Positions 25,561 to 39,000 of a stretch of DNA of 64,000 nucleotides are shown one piece after another (position 1 is the stretch's first letter; each line of letters opens with the position of its first letter). The DNA is taken from the NCBI GenBank assembly GCA_020137815.1, contig CM035357.1, positions 1,984,001-2,048,000 of the forward strand, in the 5' to 3' direction. The translations under genes and the position numbers were made by a program. Source of the DNA: Hormiphora californensis (Eukaryota; Animalia; Ctenophora). The notes under the pieces are model-generated. The model saw only the letters and a list, made by a program, of their open reading frames with translations. It was not told the origin of the DNA and did not search any database.

Positions 25561-27437
25561 TAAATGTAAATTATGCACTTAATATCCCACTCAATAGTGA
25601 ATATATACCCAGAAAAATGGTGCCAACGCACTCTCTAAAGTATCACTTTCTCAAGTGGATTCTGAATGTTTGTTGAATGATATTTCAGAGTCAAAAGTGT
25701 TGGAATCGTTTGAACCAAATGATGGGAATTCAGAACGAGGCGTAAAGAATGAGAGTAGGTGAGAATCAGGTCGTAAGGTGACTGGAGTTGATTGACATCG
25801 TGATGGTGATCCTCTTGACATCGGGAAAGTGTGATGAGCATCTGGTGACAGGGGTCACCAGGTATCCTCCTCGGTCCTCAGGCAACGGGGCACGTGACTA
25901 TGTTTAAGCCACGCGTGCTCAAACAAAAAGACAGAAAACGAGAAGAGACGAAACGAAAGGAAAATTAGAAAAAAACGGTTGGTGACTTCAAAAAAAGAAA
26001 CACAAAATTCTTCTTTTTATTTTTTCAGCGAGCTAAAACACGACGCGCGCGGCGCGTCGTTAATTCTGGTTTTGCGCGTTCTAAAAAATAATAATCTCCA
26101 AATGTGAACAAACTTTTCCAAGATGGCCGTTTTCGCCTTGGCATGCGCTGCAGACCCCAAGTGCGCGCGTTTTCCACGGCTGTAGCATAGGCCAAGTTTT
26201 CGCCTTTTTAACGTTTACGAAATTGAAAGGGCTTTTCAGCCTGGTTCAAAATCATGACGGCTAAAGCAGCACCCAAAGTTTGGGATCCAATATCAAAGGC
26301 TTATTTTTAACAGTAAAGGAATTACGATCACTTATTCTACTCGAATTTTGAAATTTGACCGAAGGGCTGAGTCCTGACTCCCTGACCCATCATTGAATCG
26401 CTGACCGTCCGATACCATCGTTCCCTTCATCGTTACAACCGCCAACAGGCATGCCTAGCGGTCGCTAACCAGTTACCGCTTGGAAGGTTGGCCGCGCATC
26501 TAACGGGGAGACATAGCACTGACCCATTCTCAGTTCTCACGCGATTCGAACTGCTTAGCGAAGTGATGAGATTGAGGTCAAGCATCACGCTTACAGGGGG
26601 AAGGGACGACACGTTGCCTGTATTAGACGTTGCCTGTATGACAGTTGACAAGTACAGTACTTTGACTTTGTACTGTGACGGTTTATGCAGCAGTAATGTT
26701 AGGGCGTTCTGGTACATGATGTGAAATCCTAGTTGGATTATCCAACCCAAGCTATATAGCCCTATTATATTATCAAAACCAAGCTACAGGAAAACAACAA
26801 AAGTTAGAACAACTACAACCCTAACAGCACTTGTCTACGCAGAATTACCTGTAAATATTAGGTGCACGTGAGTGCTCTACCAGAAAGCCCTAAAATTTTC
26901 TGTGAACTCGGTACTTTCAGGAGCAGTGTTCAATATTAGTAAAACAAGTGGTATATTTAGCGAATCTATAAAAAAGTAAAAGACATCTGGTAATCTTCAC
27001 TTACACGTTCTACATACTTTACACTCTTGAGGACATTCATTCACCGCACTTAAAAGATGTTGTTATATACCTCACACAGTTCTCTGGGGCTATTATAAAA
27101 CAGACAAAGTCCTTTCTTTTGTGGGTTACAGTTTAACCTTTCGACGTCAATCTCGAGGATAATTTAACCAGTGGCGTGTAAAACTAAACCCTTCTCTTCT
27201 TCGGGTTGAGGGATCAAGGTTACAATCATGAACCTTCAACATAACTGGCACAACTGCAAGACGAAATCATAACCCCGTCCTAGTATCCCTCACAGTCATT
27301 AAACTATTTCTCAATTACTCTTTCAGTTTTTCACTTCACTGAATTTCTCACAGGTCAACAGCCTTCCAACCCGCTCTCGCAGAACATAATCATTTGCGAA
27401 TATTATTACCCCGGATAGTCATACATATAATAATTCA

Positions 27438-30400
27438 TCAAGAAGTCGACCCTTTTTCCTTTTCATACACGGAGCTGAATTTGCTCACAATAATTGTCAT
27501 GGGTAGGGCGAGGAATACCATTCCTGAAGTGAGAACAATACTCCCCACAAACTTCCCGCCCGGTGTCGAGGGCACCACTTCACCATACCCCACCGTTGTT
27601 ATGGTAACAATACTCCACCAGCAACCCTGCATTATAGAGTTGAACATGACCGGATTGGACTCGTTCTCCGTGTAGTACATGATGCTACCAAAGGTGATCG
27701 TGAAGATGCCAAGTAAGACGACCAACAGCCCGAGTTCCTTCTTCGCGTGAATCACCACCTTCACAATCAGAATCAAGTCCTGTGAGTGTCGGACGAATTT
27801 AAAGATTCGGATGATACGGAAGATCCTGCAGACCCGTAACACAACGTAACGTTTGCTCATCGCCTCCAGCTCCGAGTTTTGTCCGTCGACTAACGCCCCG
27901 GGAGCGGGATCGTCCGAGGTCCAATCTGCTATGACCCCCACATAAAATGGGAGGATCGATAAGATATCGAGGACGTTGAAGAGGTTCTTCCAGAAGCCCA
28001 ACATGGATGGCCACGTGATCATTCTTGCCAGGAGGTCAGCTGTAAAGAAGGCAATGACAAATGAGTTGATTCCGAAAATAATGTCATAGTACTTGTCAGC
28101 CTTGTTGGTAAAATGTTTGCTTAGGTTGGGGTCCGTTTCCATGATGAGAAATGAGATTGAGATACAGATTAGAACAACGTCCAGACAATGCCAAACTGTT
28201 GCTATTTTCGATGCCCGGGGGTTTTGGAGGAACCTATGGACGGCCTTCTTTTTAGTCGGCCACCCCGTGGATTTGGAGCAGATGAGCTGGCAGGGATCCT
28301 CGTCTTCGGACTCGATGGAAACAGCGAAATCCTGATCGAACTTGATCCTGGGGGAAAGTATACTGATTTCTGTTGTTAGTCGTCACATCACAAGAAAACC
28401 CAAAACGATCATATATCCCATATCAAAATCACTTTCACAACCGAATATATTGCTTCACATTACGACACGTGAAAAGCTGTTCAAACTGTTTGAAATAAAG
28501 CAAACACGTACAAGCGTGGATCCATGTCAACAGTTCATTCGTTTGTTGGACAAAAGGAGACTCGAAACAATGGTCTACAAATACTAACACGGTCACTTGT
28601 AGTGGGAAAACGGTAATGGAAAACTGAAATACAGTAAGACGACGCGCAACCGTGGCCAATCAGGGCGCTGACCACATGCACTTTTTGCTGCGCATTATGC
28701 AACGTGCACGTATCATTACTGTATTTCTATTACGGTAATACGACTACAAGCAGCACTGTAATAATAACCCAGTGAGTCTCCTTTCGTCTAACAAACATAC
28801 AAGCTGTTATCCTCATGAGACAAGAATAATCAAGCGACTTACTTGAAGTAAGCTTTCTCCTCCTCCCACAAGTCTGGATCTGCATTAACGGGCGGGAACT
28901 CATCACCAGTTTGATAGAAGAGTAAAATGCTCTCGAAGCATGTCCGGCTCCTGTAAAGATGGAGGGTTCATTTTACACGTGAAAGAGGGGAGTGAAGAGA
29001 GCAGAATTTTGTCGAAGGATGCTCGGATCTTTAGTTGAGGATGGTGTTTTGCAAGGGCCGGGGGGGGGGGAGGCGGTTACGATTAACCGGGAAAAGATTT
29101 TGCTCGGTATATCGAGGTGAATTGCCGTTATTTTCCTACATCGGGGGAACTGTTATTTTACACCTCGTGGGGTAGTAAATCTAGAGCTAGAGGTCCGACT
29201 GTACTTTTATTTAGAATGCAGTGAATTTTGGTGGAACTCGGATGCCGAGTCATTTAACAACCCATGTGCTCCACATAAAGCTATAATAACCTGCTTACTA
29301 AAAAAACAAGTATTCAGTGGAACCTATGTTTATGTGGGTAGGAAACGCGATTGTATGTCGGCATATAACAGCTACAATCGCGTTTCCTACTCACATATTA
29401 TAATGCAGTAATGTGTTGGGTGCCCGTTTGGCATCAATACTCGCCCCGACATGCTAAGCAACCGGAAACTATACTTTTAGGGCTTTTTGAGAACTGTGGT
29501 CAGAGCATTGGCCTGACAGCTTTTCACTGATATAATATAGTGGGTTGCTAAGTTAGACTGTTTTTCGCACGCCCCGCGGGCGAAACACAGCTAAGCTCAT
29601 TCAAATAACGATCTGGTCCGCGATAATGCGTTGTGGGGCTCACGTGCGGGTTTTGAAATGCTGAAAATACTTACTCTGCGCGCTCTCTCGCATTCTAATC
29701 GCTGTCTCTCACTTTGAGTGAGAGAGAGCTGCGCTCTCCCTCGCATTCTAATCACTGTCTCTCACTTTGAGTGAGAGAGAGCTGTGCTCTTCCTCGCATT
29801 CTAATCACTGTCTCTCACTTTGAGTGAGAGAGAGCGGTGCTCTCCCTCACATTCTAATCACTGTCTCTCACTTTGAGTGAGAGAGAGCTGATCACATACA
29901 CGAGCTGATCACACTGCGCTCTCCCTTGCATTCTAATCACTGTCTCTCACTTTTAGTGAGAGAGAGTTTATCACGTGCACGAGCTGATCACGTGAGCAAG
30001 AGTGTACAAATACACATAACCCTCCCTTACAAATGTAAAGGGAGGGTTAGAACATAACAAATAGTGGGTGGGTGACGTGTGTGTCTCTGTAGCATTATGT
30101 ATAATACTTCATTATCATGTTCTTTACCTATTAAAGAAGTACGCATCGAGTTCAGGGCGGTAGTGTTTGTTCCGTTCAGTGGGGCAGCCCAGTAGCGTAG
30201 TTGGATGCTCTTCCAGGCACCGGTACGTCGTAATGAATAACTCTCCGCCGACATTTATCCTAAATGAATTATCACAGACTAAAATACACGCAATCAGCTG
30301 ATAGTGATGGAGAGAGAAAGAGAGGGAAAGCTAGAGAGAGAGAAAGAGATAAAATTGACGGAACATGGCTAAAACGAACCATACAATGGGACACTTCAAA

Positions 30401-30711
30401 TTGGAACTTTCCAGAAAAGACACATGGCCGTGCTATTGTCCTTCTTATATAACTCAGATTCAAAAGAAAACTCTAAATCCAGGTCTAGTGATAGAAAGAC
30501 ACCTTAAAGTGATGACCACTATGCTAGACAGTACACGAGACATGGAAATTGGAAGGCATATTGAGCTTCTCATACTATAACTACATTATACCTGCATAGT
30601 TCGTCACTCTTCCCAAGTTCATCCTCCACCTCGGTATTCTCCACTAGCTGTAAGCGGTGCTCTTTGTTAGGTCCATTAGCCGCCTGTTGTGGGTCAGGGT
30701 CAACGTGGTTC
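27438..30711 (-). CDS. Shaker-family voltage-gated K+ channel, constant exons (T1, S1-S6)
   Basis: Exons 30711-30592, 30259-30128, 28950-28843 and 28347-27438, all phase 2. T1: RINVGG..HPTTLLG..YFFNRSRTCFESILLFYQTG. S4: LRVCRIFRIIRIFKFVRHS. Pore: TITTVGYGE. S6: LALPMTII. Confidence 0.93.
29680..29970. repeat. ~52-bp tandem repeat with an internal hairpin, in a Kv intron
   Basis: Five units of cattctaatcactgTCTCTCACT-ttg-AGTGAGAGAgag. Confidence 0.85.
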
Positions 30712-31929
30712 CTGGAGAGGGAGGGAGGACGTGTTAGTATAGGGCAGGTCCTTCTCTTTAGGAATATCGAGAAACGTGTGATGGGGAGTTGGGAATAGAA
30801 GAGGGGTTCCTGGCGAGGAATGGAGGGTGTTAGTATAGGACAGGTCTCTATATCCTTCTCTCGGGGTATCCAGAAACATGTGAATATGAGATGGGGAGTT
30901 TGGGAAAAAGAAGCGGGGTTCCTGATGCAATGAGGAATGGAGGGAGTTAGTATTTTTATCAAGTGTTATCCCTCGTGTATGTGAGTCTTATATTGAGGCA
31001 GTTTGAACAGAAATAATTGATTGTTGGAGCGGAACCTAGTTGGACAAGTGCGTGAAATATCATATAGTTGGTCGTGGATGGGAAGACTGTGTGTGCCTTA
31101 TGGGAAGAATGACGAGGATAATCTAAAGGATTCAAGGGTTGAACTGAAATTAAGTTCATATATGTTTGATACACAAATTATATTGATGCCTGAAAAACGA
31201 TCTATGACATCGCATGATTGAGTTGGACATAGGCTTAGGTTTCTAGTTTGTGTCCAGATGCGTGCCGTGACTCTAATGATCATCAAGTGTTAATTAAGCC
31301 CTCTTTTCTTTATGTCACGTTTCGTGCTTTTTTTAATGCCCAATTATTACAGCCTCTCCGACTAGTGATAGTTCTCTTAATGAGCTTGGAAATGGCCTAA
31401 TTTTCTCTCAAGATAATCATAGTATGATCTATGAACAATCATATTCGATCACCTGGCGGTGCGTGTGATTATGTTTTCGTTCGAAATTAATTCTAGAAGG
31501 ATCGAGAATGATAAAATTCTGATATTGAGTAAAATAACTTTGTCAAGCCTCCATGAGTTTGACCCCATGGGGGACTGCTGAGTCCCCTGTTTCTTCTTCC
31601 AAGATTAAGCAATAGTTCATGCACAATGACGTGAATGCCTAGTCACTGATTTAACAAGTATTCCGGGCCAATTTTATACAGTAGTTAGATGGAGTTGTGA
31701 AAACACGTGTCACCAACACTAAGTTATAGAAGTGTGATAATTGGCAGAGAGCGCTGGAAAGCGACAACATACAGTGACAATGGAGGACAAGGAAGGGGAT
31801 ACATACAGCGATCCAAGAACCCAGGCAGCGCTAGCGGCCATAAATCACGTGGGGTCGAAGCTAGTTGGGGACCTCAACTATAACAACAAATCAGGGACTG
31901 GGAGTGGGCATGAACACGAGAGTGAACAA

Positions 31930-32520
<591 letters not shown>

Positions 32521-32525
32521 TTTAC

Positions 32526-32587
32526 CCGTCGTCATCGCTGGTCACTGCTGCACAATTCCTGCAGTCAACAGGCACAGTCAGTGACAT
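32526..32587 (-). CDS. Candidate alternative first exon V5 of the Kv channel (MSLTVPVDCRNCAAVTSDDDG)
   Basis: ATG with an upstream in-frame TGA; phase-2 donor GG|gtaaaa. Confidence 0.55.
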
Positions 32588-32771
32588 ATGAAGGAGTGCA
32601 GCAGTTGTAGTAGTAGTACAGCTTCAGAGATGAAGTGGGAATCTGATTGATTGCAGCTTCAGAGACGAAGTGGAAGTTTGATGGATTGGAATTCTGCAAT
32701 GACTAAAAAGATCAACAAGTCGAAACGAAACCAGCGCACACACATGTGTATAATATATATTTTGTGTCAAT

Positions 32772-32857
<86 letters not shown>

Positions 32858-33734
32858 GATAGAGAGCCGAGATGGAGAGGGGGTCGGGGGGCTATGTGTG
32901 CACTCGCCCTATTAGAGAGAGATAGATGCGAGAGAGCTCGGTATCTAGCACTACGCTCTCGCTCCTAATGATCGAGAGAGATAGATTCGGAGAGATATGA
33001 GGCACTTCTATCGCATTCTATACCACCACTCTCCGGCTTTTTTCTCTTTAAGTTTGAGTAAACTTCGTTAAAGCCTTGTCATTAATGACATTTAGCTATA
33101 CCACAGGACTCCATCTATTTTCCTCTTTTTCTCTCTCTCTCTCTCCCTCTCCCTCTCTCTCTCTCTGCGTGAAGTCGAAAACAGAAAAGGATAGCAAGAA
33201 GGGCAGATTGATGGAGGGGGCTGCATCAGGGGGCTCCACAGCAAAACATAATGTGTGTTAGACTCGAAGTGCTTGTTATACGCACACTTTGAACTGCGTG
33301 GGTGAACGTGGACCTAGTCCAAATATTATTATTACTTAATAACCCCCCCCCCCCCCCACACCATACAATAATAGCGTTACTGTGCACGTTTTATCAAAAC
33401 TGTTCACTGTTCAGTGCACCAGCCCATTCTGTCCCGTTTTGTCCCTCAAATCTAATATATTCGTCATATATATGCAGTTTATAACGTGTCAGGTGAATGC
33501 AGCAGAAATAACTCTCGAAAGTGGAACTACTTATCAAATGACAAGCAGAGCAGAACGGTACTTCATTAAAACACTTGAAAGCCCCTATAGTCAATGTTTT
33601 AGAGGAGAGTATTCGAGCCTAATTTACAGCCTTCACTTGTTTCATAAGACCAACCAAACACTAATAAATGATATCGAACAGCAATTATTCTGAATGAGAT
33701 CTGAGCAAGAATTAAAGGGAAGAAAATAAAAAAT

Positions 33735-33815
33735 ACTGGGCGTGACCGGGATCGGAATTGAACCAACGACCTCCAGAGAGACATTCCCGAAGCTATAAAC
33801 CACTATACCAAAAAC
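33735..33815 (-). mobile_element. tRNA-derived SINE head or tRNA pseudogene
   Basis: A box TGGTATAGTGG, B box GGTTCAATTCC and a downstream T-run; the acceptor stem does not pair. Confidence 0.55.
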
Positions 33816-33859
33816 TAACAACAGCAATTGTTGCAAAATTTCTCCCTTACTACACTTAC

Positions 33860-34023
33860 TTTTTACGAGTATGACGACGACCGCTACTGGAATCGCTAGA
33901 GCTGCTTGACGAGCTACTGCTTGTTGGACTGCTGGCTCGATGATGTGCTTTACGCCCCCTGGTGGTGGGTGATTGGATCATGTCGACAGGTTTTCTAAGT
34001 GGGTTGTATAACAACTGATCCAT
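33860..34023 (-). CDS. Candidate alternative first exon V4 of the Kv channel (M[DQ...]MIQSPTTRGRKAHH...RRHTRKK)
   Basis: ATG at 34023 or 33981; canonical phase-2 donor AA|gtaagt. Confidence 0.65.
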
Positions 34024-34619
34024 AACGAAAGGGAATAGGAAAGGGACAGGAAAGAGAAGTGCACTGTTTGTGTTAGAAATATAGCTACTACTACATGGCG
34101 AGCACTGCATGTTTACTTTTTTGTCATTCCTGAGTAGGTGTACATGATCCTGCTCTGTCAAAACAGAATGAAATTCCCGAGAAGTGAAGCTGTAGGTACA
34201 ACCAAGGTATTTGGCGTTCCGATCAAAGGCAAATATTAAGACAGTCCAATACTAGCTTCTGCTGCTAACGAATCCAACGGCCTGATCGTCGATAAACAAC
34301 CGATCAAAGAAAAAAACCAAATGAAACAACACTTCCGATAGAATTATCGGGACGAAGCGGTCCAAAAAGCGATGAAAATAGCTACAGTAATTGTTTCTTT
34401 TTCAAGGTTTAATGCTTTATAGAGGCTCTATATTCTTCCTTCCCTATCTCTTTATTATATCTTCCCCTCCTCTCCCTGTCTTCCCAAAAAGCTATAAAAG
34501 GAATCATAAGACAGAACGGTAATGTGACGAGGGAATGAGATTGTAAAGAATTGGGTGAAATATAGCGTGAAATAGAGCGTGCAACTCCATGGCTAAACAA
34601 GATAATGATAATGGTAAAC

Positions 34620-35227
34620 CTTTCATCTTCAGGCAAGGTTTCCTCTCCTCCTCCTTCCCCCTTCTCCTCCTCCTTCCCTGTATCTTCCTCCTCTTCCTGG
34701 TGTTCCTCTGCAGCATCTTCCTCAGCTTCCTCCTCCCCTCTAGTATCTTCCTCAATATCTTTGCTATCCTCTGACTCGACCCCAGCTGCAGCAGCCTCTA
34801 AGTCAACTACTGATCCTTCTTTCACAGAAGACTGATCCAGGGTAGTCCCATCCCCCTCCTCATCCTCCTCATCTTGGTCTGCGTTTCCAATTTCTGTGTC
34901 AATGTCAGCGTGACTCCGACCCAGACTTGGTGTTCCGATCTTACTACTGGGCCGGCTTCCTGATTTTTGCTTCCTCCTCAGCGAGGAAGCTCCTTCCCAG
35001 GCCTTGACAAGAGGGTTGGTAATAGCATGTCGAGGTGGTGGCTGGAGTAGGTTAACAGCATTACCTCCACCCGTTGAGGAGGCACTAGATTGCTGGCTGC
35101 GAAGGGCAGTGTCGGGGGTCATCTCGTGAACGGAGGTCCTCTTGCGCAGTCGTCTTGGTGGAGGGGCGGCATTAGCACGGGCCTGTTGGTTCCGACGGGT
35201 CACATAGTAGTTCAGAATTGCCTGCAT
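34620..35227 (-). CDS. Candidate alternative first exon V3 of the Kv channel (MQAILNYYVTRR..., 202 codons with an acidic tract)
   Basis: ATG preceded by an in-frame TGA; coding-like composition ends at the phase-2 donor AG|gtttac. Confidence 0.6.
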
Positions 35228-35529
35228 TTCTCCTCAACTAGGTAACTGATCCGAGATTTGCGTTTTAGATTTGTCCTTTCTCTCTCTCGCTATCTCAGCT
35301 TGCACTGCAGTGATCTCCTATTTTTAATGTTAAACAAAAAACAAGCAATGTGTCAACCGAATATTTAACCGAGGCGGAGCTACAAGCGCGCTGTGCTCTC
35401 TCTTTTTATCTTTCTTTTTCCTTCCTTTCCTCTCTTTTCGGTTCGTATTATTAAACATGTCTTATGTGATTAGCCCCGTGTGAACGGTGTGTCACATAGG
35501 AGAGAGAAATAAAGAAAGAGAGAGAGAGA

Positions 35530-35654
<125 letters not shown>

Positions 35655-35981
35655 TGGTTAAACTTTTTCGGTAACGCGGTCGGTTATTATATTCATATTA
35701 TTCGGCTTGGAACATTTTCTCTATTGCTCTCTTCAATGGTGAACGAGCACTGCAGTAGCACTATAATACATACTGTCTAACTTCCAAGACATGTCGACAC
35801 GTGCAATGAACAATGTTTGTACGATGTGTTTGGTTTAACAAAAAAGCAATTAAGACTAAACAGTGCTAAAGGAACAATAAAGATTAACCCAGAACTGTGT
35901 TTGTTCGCCTGCACTGTCCCTCGCAGCTGTACTAATTTTGTGAAAGCTGATAGGGACAGTGCATATCAGTATGGTATAGGA

Positions 35982-36090
35982 CAGGAACCGACCGACACAA
36001 GTAAGCAACCAATCAGAACTCGTTCTTTAGGTCACGTGACTGGTTATCAGCCAATCAGGGACCAGTATTTCCTGATTCGGTCGGTTCCTG
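35982..36090. mobile_element. 109-bp hAT-type MITE
   Basis: 14-bp TIR CAGGAACCGACCGA / TCGGTCGGTTCCTG; perfect 8-bp TSD GTATAGGA (35974-35981, 36091-36098). Confidence 0.95.
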
Positions 36091-36117
36091 GTATAGGATC
36101 AGCTGTCAATGAAATAC

Positions 36118-36287
36118 CTAACGATTGTAGTGGCAGGGGGAGGTTGTAGTTTCTCCAGGGTCCTTGTAATGTGTTCTGCAGTTAGGATCGTCTCTTGTCG
36201 CTGGAGCAGGACCACTTTCCGGCGGCATGGTACCGCCGCGGACCTCTGGCTGCTAAAAACTAGGGCAACACTAGATGAACATGCCAT
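36118..36287 (-). CDS. Candidate alternative first exon V2 of the Kv channel (MACSSSVALVFSSQRSAAVPCRRK...)
   Basis: ATG with an upstream in-frame TAA; phase-2 donor AG|gtattt. Confidence 0.6.
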
Positions 36288-37364
36288 GTAGTACAACTCA
36301 CATTATAGGACAAGTGGAATATATTGGGCGGCCAAATATTGAGACAACAATTAGTTGACACAGGGGGAAGTGTACGTGTGACTGTGACACAGGGTATCCG
36401 TGTGGTTGTTCACTGGTATAAAACCACACTGCACACACATGGGATAAAGTGTAATACACAATTGGTGTTATGGAGGTGACTGAACAAATTCGAGATACAA
36501 CTATACTCTCAAGTAGGGGAGGTAATTGGTGACATGACAGTGGAAAATGTTTGGGATACAGCAAGAGAGGGCCGTGAGAGAGCAAACAATCAAACAACCC
36601 CCTCTTTGAAAATATCAGGAGGAGGAAATTAGGTGAGTAATATAGAATGTACAATGTTATAACATGTATAGTCACATCACTGGAACATCTGCCTGGCGGC
36701 GCTAGACCCTGTTTTGATTCTCACACCACATGGTGCCCTCAGATCAGGTCGGCACCGCTAGAAACTCTTCGTGGGCGCACAATTCAAGGAAGACTAACCT
36801 GTCAATGCGATAAAACAACTTTCAGCCTGAAAAACTAGAGAGAGAGATAGACTGCTAATGTATATATACTAGCTGATACTAATAATGGCCTTCTCTCTCT
36901 CAATATGCATGCACAAGTAATTTCCTTCTATTAACACCCCTCTCAGCGGTTTCTGCGAGCTGTCTCAGCTGCCTGATTGTTGGCACTCTGTGCATGTTGT
37001 CATAGTTCTAGCTCTCTCGGTTAATGCATGCCCCTTGTGGTGTACTTATATAGGTAGCCATTAACCAACGATGTTATACCAATGTCATGGAGATGTTATA
37101 GAGATGTTTAGTGCAGTACTGACCGGATGAATTTTATCGTTCATGATACATGGTCTGGGTTACAAATCAATATTTAAGCCAGGGGGGGGATAAAAAGCCC
37201 GTTTGGGGGTTTCGTCTAGCTCGAAGAGCCGGACCGGGTGGTTGGAATCATTTTCGTGAACACCCCCTCTGTCAGTGCGATTAGGCGATGATTACCCACA
37301 CGAGAGTACCGCACAATCGATCAATTTTATGAGCTATGTTTATTGTTGATTACTAGGTACTTAC

Positions 37365-37597
37365 TCTGAGTGATGGTTCAGTTCGGGAGAGTGCGGGTGT
37401 GAGCGATGGTGATGGTGCTGCCGAGGGGGGTCCGGGAAACTAAGAAACCTCAATTCCTTGCACATCTTCCTGTTTCTCCCTCCCGTATGGACTCGGGGCC
37501 GGGGTTCTCCACTGCCTGCACTGATATACCGGGCATCCCTCCTACCACCGCCGCTGCCAGGGGGTCCTCCACCAGGGGGTCCACCTGCCATGGGCAT
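37365..37597 (-). CDS. Candidate alternative first exon V1 of the Kv channel (MPMAGGPPGGGPPG...HHSE)
   Basis: Pyrimidine tract and acceptor ccag 5 nt before the ATG; canonical phase-2 donor GA|gtaagt. Confidence 0.65.
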
Positions 37598-38159
37598 GAT
37601 ACCTGGATAGTTGGGAAGGGTGAGAGATCTCGCAGCAATGAATACAGTGTGGTCGATTTCAAAACGGCGGAAGTTTCGACTCTGTCAGCGTCATGCCTGA
37701 ATACTAGCCGCTCAACTGAGAAATGTAGTCAGCACGATGCCTTATCAGAGTGTCAATGCAGGTGTGCGGACTCTATAGTGCTACACTCTAAGTCTACAGT
37801 GGAGTCTGAGTGGACTCTTCGTCTAAATTTAGATAAAGAGTCCGTTAGCACCAGCTAGTCCGCCCACCGTCAATGCAGTAGCAAGGGTGAATCAATCAAT
37901 GAAAGCTAGGATCAGATGTGTTATTATTATGCTAATTGCAATCTTTGATGTTAATATACAACCCTCACGTGACAGCGGGCAAAGAATTGTAATTACAAAT
38001 CCGTAATTCTCGAGATGCGAAATGGGAAAATCCGGATACCTTGCAGTTCCAGGAGAAGAAGAAGAGAGGTAGAGAGAGAAACAAAAGAAAAGAGAATAGC
38101 GCAGATAAGAAGATTAGGTTCTAAAAGAGATATCGGAAGAAACTAGAGATAGATCTTCT

Positions 38160-39000
38160 TCCTCGCTATTCTCCTCTCTCCTCTCCCGCCTTCTCGCCGG
38201 CTCTCTCTCCTCTCCCCTCTCCCCTCGCTCTCTCCCCCCCCCTAGCTCTCTCTCTCTCTCTCCTTTTTTTTTTCCCCCCCGGGGGGGGGCCCCGGGTTTT
38301 CCCCCCCCCCCCGGGGGGGGCCCCCCCCCCCCCTTTTGGGGGGGGGCCCCCCCCCCCTTTTTTTTCCCCCCCTCTCCCCCTCTCCCTTTCTCTCTCTCCT
38401 CCTCTCTTCTCTTCTTTTTCCCCCCTTCTCTCTCTCCTCTCCCCCCTCTTTTTTCTCTTTTCCTCCTCCCTTCTCTCCCCCCCTTTCTCTCTCTCCCCCT
38501 TTCCTTTCCTTTTCTCTCCCCCCTTTTCTCCTCCTTTTTTTTTTCCCCCCCCCTTCTTTTTCAATTCCTTTCCCCCTTTCCCCCTTTTTAAAAATTTTTT
38601 TTGGAATTTCCCCCTGGTGGCCTTTTTTTCCCTCTCCCCCTTTTTTTTTCCCCCTTTTTCCCTCTTTTTTTCCCCCCCCCCCCCCTTTCCTCTCCCCTTT
38701 TCCCCTCCCCTTCCCCCCTCTCCTCCCTCTCCCCCCCCTTTCTCCCCCCTCTCCCTTTTCTCCTCCTCTCTTTTCCCCTCTCTCTCTTTCGCCCCCCCCC
38801 TTTTTCCCCCCCTTTTTTTTCCCCTACCCCCCCGCCTGGGGAAAATTTTTTCCTTCCCCTTCCCTTTCCAATTTTTTTTTCCCCTTTTTTTTTTTTAAAA
38901 AGAAGGGAAAAGCTTTTAAAATTTTTAAAAATTTTGCAATTACAAATGGCAATGGAGGGGGGGAAAGTGGGGTGAAAGGGATTCTGAGTGAAAAATAAAC
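38160..39000. other. Homopolymer-garbled low-quality sequence
   Basis: Near-continuous C/T/G runs, resembling a degraded read of a (CT)n tract. Confidence 0.75.

Noticed and set aside
33735-33815. Functional tRNA gene
   Set aside because: A and B boxes are present but the acceptor stem does not pair, so it is reported as a SINE head or pseudogene.
38166-38998. Pro/Phe- and Gly/Lys-rich ORFs here and within 55050-57930 and 60900-61360
   Set aside because: They arise from homopolymer-garbled low-quality sequence.
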